From the NCBI GenBank assembly GCA_964016885.1, contig OZ024745.1, positions 16,492,001 through 16,556,000 on the forward strand: a stretch of 64,000 nucleotides of DNA. Reading direction: 5' to 3'. The notes under the pieces are model-generated. The model was not told the origin of the DNA, did not search any database, and was given only the letters and a program-made list of their open reading frames with translations. Position 1 is the first letter of the stretch, and every line of letters starts with the position of its first letter. Of this stretch, positions 55,405 to 64,000 are shown one piece after another. Origin of the DNA: Eledone cirrhosa (taxonomy: Eukaryota). A program made the position numbers and the translations under genes.

Positions 55405-56355
55405 GGGATAACAAATTATCGTTATAGGTAATCCAGTTGGTAAATACTCTGTATTGTGGATAGTTTTGACGCACGGCGTTGTTTGACTCAACAAGAGGTT
55501 TCCTTAATTAGGTGGCGAGTTCCCGGTAATTCCTATGCAGGTTAATCTTGGAGTAATAATAGTGAAAGAGTGAAGAATAACATGGGCAACAGTACAAAAA
55601 GGGTTTTATTTACAGTATTAACAATTGTTTCATTGATTAGGATGTCTAAAGATTGCTAATCACTCGAAGTTGTGTCACTAGATCTTAAATACAATATATG
55701 CCTATTCAAATCATCGGAATAACTGACAAAATTACACTCGATATTTGTATTTTTACTACGGAGAATTCAAATATCAACATCAATAATAAAGAAAGAAAAA
55801 GAAAAAAAGAAAAAGAAAAAGGAAAAATAATAAAGAAGTTAGAATGAAGATGATAAAAAATGTATAAATAAAAAAATATATATACGTGAAAAAAATATAT
55901 GAACATAATATGATTGTTGAAAATAGTGGTGGTGGTTAAAGTTATAGTGGTGTGTAAGTATAAATATGTGATGAGTGTAGGAATATTATTAATATGAAAA
56001 TAAATATTAAATATATACATATATGTTTTGGTTAAATCACAGATGGTTAGACTATAATGATATTAGAAAGAATATAATGATAAATAACTTATAAAATATA
56101 AATTAATAAATTAGTAGTTAGGTTAGCGGTTAAGAGATACAGGATAGGATACAAGGGAACAGGTGAAATAGCTTTAGGGAGAGAGAATGAAAGAAAGTGA
56201 AAGAAAGGTTAGGAGGTTTATGATGTTGATTTAGTGGTTAGTTGGTTTATTGACAGTTAATATTAGTGAGTTGGTATGTAGTTATTATAATAGACTCTGG
56301 GTGGTTCAGCCCCATAATTCAAGCTGAACCACCCAGTCATTCTTTTCTTTTTTTT

Positions 56356-56360
<5 letters not shown>
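55405..56360 (-). mobile_element. PLE 3' UTR/pseudo-LTR unit between (TA)n tracts, with a short 5' inversion (56297-56336)
   Basis: Contains the HHR at 55613-55725 and a 14-bp inverted repeat CTGGGTGGTTCAGC/GCTGAACCACCCAG at the distal end. Confidence 0.65.
55613..55725 (-). ncRNA. minimal hammerhead, CCGAUGA core, long stem II
   Basis: Reverse complement: CAGTTATT-CCGATGA-TTTGAATAGG...CCTAATCAAT-GAAA-C-AATT-G-TT-AATACTG. Confidence 0.7.
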
Positions 56361-56397
<37 letters not shown>

Positions 56398-56834
56398 CAT
56401 CATTTAATAGGCGTTATGATTACATCCAATCAATAGAGAACAACATAGATATATCAATATTTCAGAACAAGAGACCGATATGTATATATACATTCATGAG
56501 ACTATGTGTCATGATCAATCCACCATGTACACTCCGATTTAAATATCTACTCATACTTCTTTCAGCCTTAATTACATCACGTCTTTTGACCGATTTGTGT
56601 AATTAGATTTATTTCTGTAAAACCATTTGCAGCTCAGATTAACTGGGATAATTTCAGACGTTATTGTTTTATTTTCTTACATCCATTATATTTAGATTTT
56701 GCTTTTCATTTCGCCAGTATGTCTCTAATTATCCACAATTTAATGTCTTGCTAACTAGCTTGAATAATTTCCTTGGCATCTCTATAAACATAGTAAGTAC
56801 TAGTTCAACATCAGATTATCTGAAGAAATAATAT

Positions 56835-57180
56835 GAACCATTATTCTACCCACCCTCCTTCTATGATCAAGCATCTAATTTAGAATAACGTCTACTCTTA
56901 TTAACTATATCCTCAAATAGGTCCTCTTATGCTGGATTATATCAATATTATATCAATACACTGATAATAAGCGGCTTCACGTACAAAATGCAATACGCCC
57001 AAAGCCTCAAAAGAAAGTCGAACTATCGTAAATATCGTAAATCTAAAATATGTTTCCCTACCGCGTTAGTCATAATGCATGAATGAAAGTTGCTAGAAAT
57101 ATTTTCACAAAAATATTTCACTAATAATCACAGAAGCCATAAAATATAACAAAGAACAACGTTAAAACATCAGCAACGAG
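56835..57180 (+). pseudogene. old PLE thumb/linker remnant
   Basis: HYSTHPPSMIKHL...YYINTLIISGFTYKMQY...KYFTNNHRSHKI..KNNVK, heavily disrupted. Confidence 0.6.
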
Positions 57181-57499
57181 ATAATGGAAACCTGGTGATA
57201 ATGTAAGACACATATTTGACGATCTCATCTTAACCGGCCGTATCCGGCCAGAATTATCGCACCTCTTTCTGTTCAAACCGGCTGTAACTTGCCGCTCATA
57301 CTGACGTTAAGTTATTGTTCTCAAAATACATAACATCAACATCTCGTAGATTCGATATTATGTGAGATTATGTGCCTTTACCAGAAACATACTATAAAGA
57401 GTAATGTAACTGCTAAAGGTAGTGAAGCAATGATTGAACGGTTGTAAATCTCTAACTAACGATGGTAGTGCTCATTTGTAGCTATTACCTGTAACATAA

Positions 57500-59200
57500 A
57501 TAGCAATATTAAAGAATTAGTGAACTTCACAACACAGATTCGAAACCCCTCGGTAACATTTCAACATTTAATTATATTTCTACAATCTTCACGAAAGTTA
57601 ATATCATGTAACTATTGCAAGGAATTTTGCTACGTCTTGTCTATAACAACTGTTTTCTATATACCAGTTGTGTTACCACTATTACAATTAATTTCATTGG
57701 TTTGAACTTCCATAGTAATCTTTGAAGCTGTATTGTGTTGGAATCTAATAAGACAGCAAACTTCTATCATTGTTGTGTTACCATCTTTTACTTTCAATGT
57801 CTGAAGTAATCTTTACAATATTCACTAGACTTTATTCTTTTGAGCCATTAATCATGTCTCTTTTTTACATTCAACAACATTTTAATCCCACCATTCTCAC
57901 ATTTCTATTTCCTTTTTCATCTGCCATACATACTTATATGTTAGAAGATATTTCAACAATGCTTTTGTTTCTCTTCCCATAATCAACACTCATTTAAGCC
58001 AACAGAGTTCTTCCCCTATAAGGTTTCTCTGACGACATTAACTTATTTAACATATTTATCCTGTCATTCTCTTTCTTCCATTTTCATATTTATTTGTACT
58101 TGAATCAAGCATTAGTTTTATTTGTGGAATAATATAATTTTAATATATTAGAAATAATCATCTTCATTATTATTATTATTATTATTGTACGACATGAGTT
58201 CAAATCCCGTCGAGGTTAATTTTGTCTCTCATCCTTACGGGGTCGATAAAATAAGGTACCAGTCACGCACTGGGGTCGATTTAATCGACTTTCCCTTCCC
58301 CCAAAATTACTGGCCTTGTGCCTATATAACAAACCATTATTTTACAATAAAGTGGTTTGGCAGTATCGGTAGAGGGTCGGACACCATGCTTTGCAGCAAA
58401 GAGTTACGGCCCTTTATGGTCTGATTTCAATTCCCGCCGAGGTTAATTTTGCCTTTCATCATTACGGGGTCGATAAAATAAAGTACCAGTAATTGCACTG
58501 TGATATTGCTGGCTTTGTGCCAAAAGCAGAAATAATTATTTTATTGTAAACCACCATTGTCCGTGTCTTTGTATTGTCCCCTACATGTCGGCCCTTGTGG
58601 CCAATAAATGAAATTATTATTATTATTGGTGGATTGGCAGTATCGGTAGAGGGTCGGACACCATGCTTTGCAGCACAGTTACGTCCCTTTACGCACTGAG
58701 TTCAAATCCCGCAGAGGTTAACTTTGCCTTTCATCCTTACGGGGGTCGATAAAATAAAGTACCAGTAATACACTGAGATAATTGCTGGCCTTGTGCCAAA
58801 AAGTAGAAACAATTATTATTATTATTGGCAGTATCGGTAGGGAATCGAACAACATGCTTTACCGCATAGAGTTACGGCTCTTTATAGTCTGAGTTCAAAT
58901 CCAGCCGATGTTAGTTTTTGCCTTACATCCTTACGTGGTCGATAAAATAAAATACCAGTAACGCACTGCGGTAGAATTAATCGACTTTCCTCTTCCATTC
59001 AAATTTCTGGTCTTGTGCCAAAAGTAGAAGCTATTATTAAAACCCCGTCACTAGTGTTTTATCATAATTCGCCTGGTTTTGCTGATATAGACAGAAATGC
59101 CGATTTGTCATATAAATCTTTGTATATTTCCTTCAAACAGCTCCTAATTATACCACAATCTTCTTACTGCCATGTTAGTCAACTAGCATTCCTTCCAACA
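57500..59200 (-). mobile_element. possible ancient pogo/Tigger-like fossil interrupted by SINEs
   Basis: Only faint motif echoes (GKNS..L...WKRNK-like; IEV...NT...QPM-like). Confidence 0.2.
58186..59040 (+). mobile_element. tandem cluster of four family-A SINEs
   Basis: Units ~58186-58340, 58350-58520, 58625-58820 and 58825-59040, separated by (ATT)n tails. Confidence 0.9.
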
Positions 59201-59877
59201 TACCTTTATTATTGTTATCATTATCATTAATGTGTTGCTAGACGCTTTTGTTTATATAATATTTCCTGTTTTTTTGTTTGCTAAATCTCTACAAAAGTTT
59301 TCTCTAAACATTTCACAAGCTCCATCGACTCACATCTCTATCAATATGCCATATCCTAATTTTTGTTTCTTTAATTTGTCGTCTTTGGAAGTAATTTTTC
59401 ATTGTTTTTACATTTTGTGATCTAATATTATTATACTATATATCTATTGTATTCTGTGACAGTAAAATTATTCCAGCAGTAAAAAAAAAAGATAAATTGG
59501 TTTTGTACGACAATACATATTATATGAAAAATATTATTTTCAGTGAAAAAACAAACAAAAAAACAAACAAAAAAACAAACAAAAAAAAAACAATGAATAG
59601 AATGCAATAAATCTAAAATAAAACGAAAATATGAAAAAGTGCAAAATGTATTTATTTGCAACATATAACATAATTCCTGAGTAACATACAATATATATGC
59701 CACAGTTAAAATAGCATTTTAGAGAAGGGAAGGATAAGATTCACTATGATTAAAGTCGGAATATATATTTCAAAAAAACGGAAAGCAAGTAATTTCTGTT
59801 TCATGTTATTCCAATGTGAGTCATGTTCATGATATATGGGAAACTTTATAGATTCAGTATAATAACTAGCAGACACG

Positions 59878-59955
<78 letters not shown>

Positions 59956-59960
59956 ATATG

Positions 59961-60053
<93 letters not shown>

Positions 60054-60253
60054 TACATATATATTTGAATATATATATATATACATATATACGTATATAT
60101 ATATATATATATGTATATATTATATATTCATGTATATATGAATAAATATATATACATATTTCGTTTCTGAATTTGTTTAGCAAGATTCTTTATCTGAAAT
60201 CGTGTGTTGAAACCGATATTGTTATACTTTGGGAGGGTCATGTTGCCAATAAG

Positions 60254-60676
60254 AGTTCAATATACATTATACATTTCTTATCTATACCCTCATGTATAGA
60301 TAAGAAATGTATAACCTGTAAAATAAGCCCCCATATTAATTGTAAAACTAGAAATGTAGTGTATAGCATAAGATGTACTGAAGGACAATGTAGAGACAAA
60401 AATATAGTGTACATAGGTGAGACAGCTCGTAGTGTAGGGGAACGGATAAATGAACACTGGCGAGACCTTCAAGATAATAAAGAATCATCTGTACTCTACC
60501 AACATGCTAAAATAGAACACAAGGGTAAATTAGAGAACATAGAAGTAAAAATAGAATCTACACACAGAAAAGACGCAATGTTTAGACAAATTACAGAGGC
60601 AATAAACATAAAAGAATTACAACCAAAATTAAATAGAAAATATGAGTGGAACAGCAACATCACAACTTATAATTAA
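60254..60676 (+). pseudogene. PLE linker Zn-finger + GIY-YIG
   Basis: CIDKKCITC...NCKTRNVVYSIRC...YIGETARSVGERINEH...SVLYQHAKIEH...RQITEAINIKELQPKLN. Confidence 0.92.
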
Positions 60677-60876
60677 GGACAAAATGAAAACACACACACA
60701 CATAGAACAAACAACCAACCAGTAACATGTAAATAAACAAATAAATAAATGAACATAAACACACACAGACACCCGGATGTGGCGCATGCGCAGACTGAGC
60801 ACACAACACACACACAGAAACAAAATGGCGTAGGACAGAACAAAGGAGAGGCACAGAAACAAAGAAAGGAATGCCC

Positions 60877-60921
60877 AGTCACTGAAGAGGTCACAGAGTG
60901 TGTCACGAAAGAACTATGACT
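60877..60921 (+). ncRNA. hammerhead motif, partly decayed
   Basis: AGTCA-CTGAAGA-GGTCACAGAGTGTGTCAC-GAAA-GAAC-TA-TGACT. Confidence 0.7.
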
Positions 60922-61127
60922 ATATATAAACAACTATCTTGTTGTGGAACCAACCAATCAACCAGAAATTTATAAATTTATAAATTTATTATAAATTTAT
61001 TATAATAAATTGAAGTGAAAGCAACTGGTGCGTGTGTTTCTTATGGGCAACATGACCCTCCCAAAGTATAACAATATATATATACATATATATATACATA
61101 TACATATATATATATATATATGAATAA

Positions 61128-61162
<35 letters not shown>

Positions 61163-61500
61163 TGGTGGCTGCCAACTCGTTTTCGAGTACGGCCACTACT
61201 TTATATCCATGTAGGATAACCCCTACCGAGACGCTGAACGAGTGTGACTTTTTAGTCCAGCCAGCGACTTGAAAACTCTGGCACAAACACGACACTTGTG
61301 ACAATTATTGACACATAGTGTACATAGTACCATGTGACGACAATTGCAGAGAGATCTCCAGATACAAAGCAACGCCTGTGCCGTGCAGCTTTTATAGTGA
61401 GCAAAGGCACTGCACAAAGCCAGTCCCACTCTCTTAACCAAGATGATATTTACCAAAAAGAAGAACAAGTCAACATCATTGGATACCATCAGGGTTGCAG
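61163..61500 (-). mobile_element. RTE-type LINE 3' fragment
   Basis: C-terminal CRVCARVFKSLAGLKSHTR zinc finger and a short 3' stem-loop (CTCG-AAAA-CGAG) before (TA)n. Confidence 0.65.
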
Positions 61501-61601
61501 GTGTTATATCAGAGTTTTCCTTCTCCTAGAATTCTGCCTTCACAAAGGCTAAGGGGTCATCTATATATATACATATATATATATATATATGAATAAATAT
61601 A

Positions 61602-61667
<66 letters not shown>

Positions 61668-61671
<4 letters not shown>

Positions 61672-63290
61672 GGAAAAATTTGAACAGGGACAAAACAGAG
61701 AGGCAGTACAACAAATGTTTATTAATTTCACGCTCTGGAGAGTGGGGTGTTGGTGGGGGACGACGTTTCGGGCATAAGCCCTTCCTCAGGTGGGAAGTGT
61801 GTGGGAACAGAGTTCAAAGGGTGTGTATGGGAGTGGTGGAGAGACATATAGTGAAAGGAAACGGTGCGAATGAAAAAATAAAAAATAAAGATAAAAATAA
61901 AAATAAAGCATGATCAAAATACAAGGAATGAGATAAATTTAAAAATAAAGGCATGATCAAAATAAACTGAAATTAAAAGGGGGTTAAACAGGTGGTGGAA
62001 GGGTGTGGGGTGTGTAGGGGTTGTGGCGGGTGGAGTGGGGAGAGAGAGACGGGGTGTCCGAGCGGGGAGGGCTGAAGGTGGTGTGTGTGTGTGTGTATGT
62101 GAAAGTAAGGGTTGGGGGAAGAACGGGGTTGCATGTTGAGGAAGATGTGTGTGTAGGGGGGGGGGGAGTTTGTGGGTCGGAGTGTCTGTGCGTGTGTGGA
62201 TAGAGGTGTGGGGAGGAGAGGAATCAGGAGGCTGAGGGTGTAGATATGTGGTGGAAAGCACGTGTGTGGGGTTTAAGCGTGTTGTGGGTGTAGGTGGCGT
62301 GTGGAGAAAAAAATTTTTTGGGTGTGTGTGTGTGGGTGAGTTATATAGGTGATTACGTAAGAGGATGGTTGAAAAGTTGGTAAATTCCGAAGATGTTTAG
62401 TGGATTGGTGGCTGGTCAATTTCTGCGTGTGGGTATTCCATGAAGCGATGGTCGGAAGAGGAGAGATGTGGGGTGCGCGCGCAACAGGAAGTGGTCAGCA
62501 GTGGGAGTGCTGTGGTCTGTGTGTGCTGGGAGGTGGTCAGAGGGTATAGCAGCAATCGGTGGAATGGTAAAGGGGCGAGGATGGGTAGGTGTGAAAGTTG
62601 GAGTGAGGAGGGTGTGTGTGTGTGTATTAGTAGGGGTGTTAGTGGGATGAGTGAGTGTTGAGCGAGGGTGTGGGTGGAGCGGGGAGAGAAGGGTGTGTGT
62701 GGTTCTATGAAGGGAGTGTGGTGTACTGGTGTGTGTGTAGTTTGATGAAGAGGTGTTAGTGGGTGTTAGTATACGGGAGGTGGGGACGGGTTGAATGCAG
62801 GTGTGAGTGGAGGTTAGTGGTGGTAGGGTGTGTAGAGTTGGTGGTGTACGAGGGTGTGTGGGTACGTGTGCGTGGGGTTGGGGGGGGTGTTAGTGATGTT
62901 AGTTGCGTGTGGGGTGGGTGGTGTAAGTGGGTGCGTGTGTTCGTGTGCTTGGGGTTAGGGGGTGTTAGTGAGGTTAGTTGCGGGGTGGTGGGATGGAGGT
63001 GTGTGGGTGAGAGGTGTGGGGCTGAGGGTTAGTGGTGGTAGTAGGGTGTGTGTTTAGTGTGAGCGCGTGTATATATGTGCCGGTGGGTGTGTGCGTGTGA
63101 TAAGGAGAGGGGAAGAGGAGAAGAGGGGAGGGAAGGGATGTTAGTATGTTAGTTGGGGAAGGGTGGTCAGATGAGGGGTGAAGTGGAGGTGTTAGTATTG
63201 TTAGTTGTGGGGTGGGCGGTGAAAAGGAGGGGTGTGTTAGTGGTGTTAATGAGGGATAAGTGTGAGGGGGAGGGGGGCGGTCGAAGGGTA
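61668..63290 (-). mobile_element. PLE-type 3' region: CA/C-rich body ending in an HHR pseudo-LTR at (TA)n
   Basis: HHR at 61760-61791. The terminus matches 4808-4906. Confidence 0.6.
61760..61791 (-). ncRNA. ultra-minimal hammerhead motif
   Basis: Reverse complement: AC-CTGAGGA-A-GGGC-TTAT-GCCC-GAAA-CG-TC-GT. Stem I is very short. Confidence 0.65.
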
Positions 63291-63933
63291 AAGGAATATA
63301 TACATACATACAAACATACATACATATATATATATATACATGAATACATATATATATATATGTGTGTGTATTTGTTTGTCGAGAGGCTTTAGTAATATGG
63401 GTACGAATTTATTTAGGTCATGAGTCTCGCAGGTTAGAGTCTGCTAATATGGGTTTGAGTTGTAATGCAGCTATGCTAGAACATTATGAAAAATCATTGT
63501 CTCTTGATAGAACATAAGGAGGTGGTGCCGGATTAGCGTTCGCACGTCTAACTAGACCGCCTCGGTATCACTGGTTCTTTGTTTATACTTTCCTATGCTT
63601 CAGTAAGCATTACTAAATCTATTAAGTTCATATCATATGATGCCGTCAACTATTGTTTTGCGCCAAGGTCTGATGACATAAATCGGCACCAGGTATACGT
63701 ATTATGCAACAGTAAAGGTATATTGGAAACTGGCTTATTTATGCTTTTCATTGATATATATATATATATAGATAGATAGATATTATTCAATTGAAGAAAG
63801 TTGGATGATCAAAAATCTGCCGACTTATTCTTAAAGCACTGCCCGTCAGGTAAATAAGAGAGACGGTTGTACGAATAAAATCGTCTCTCTTATTTATTAT
63901 AATACATAGATGGATAGAGAGAGAGAGAGTGTA

Positions 63934-64000
<67 letters not shown>

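Larger units (their letters stand above)
60155..61076 (+). mobile_element. 5'-truncated PLE with inverted terminal piece
   Basis: 60155-60253 is an inverted 3' end (matches 61040-61076). It is followed by the GIY-YIG region, UTR and HHR, with (TA)n flanks. Confidence 0.9.

Noticed and set aside
63665-63720. CTGATGA-CATAA...TTATG as a hammerhead
   Set aside because: GAAA is replaced by CAAC and there is no stem I, so it is too degenerate to call.
63851-63896. 15-bp-stem hairpin (terminator/miRNA-like)
   Set aside because: Too short to assign. It is likely another micro-inversion near (TA)n.

Overview
AT-rich, microsatellite-dense eukaryotic genomic DNA. The repeat content and SINE types suggest a coleoid cephalopod (Octopus-like); this is inference only. 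No intact host gene is evident, and most ORFs in the track are translations of (TA)n/(CA)n/(GA)n repeats. The window is dominated by retroelements sitting in microsatellites. (1) There are many Penelope-like element (PLE) fragments with GIY-YIG endonuclease remnants. (2) About 25 minimal type I hammerhead ribozyme (HHR) motifs from a dozen or more sequence families mark the 3' termini of these elements, which often form head-to-head palindromes. The largest palindrome is ~7 kb (33756-40758). (3) A near-intact Tx1/L1-clade LINE lies in (TTA)n (44568-50090). (4) A near-intact Dong/R4-type RT-RLE element ends in (TAA)n (ORF 51852-55244). (5) RTE fragments, tRNA-derived SINEs and decayed DNA-transposon pieces fill the rest. 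The most notable observation is recurrent non-canonical hammerhead cores: UUGAAAA (a compensatory U3-A8 pair) in two unrelated families, CCGANGA in three, and CAGAAGA in two copies of one family. One insertion starts exactly at a predicted cleavage site. All structures were folded and aligned by eye, and coordinates may be off by a few bases.
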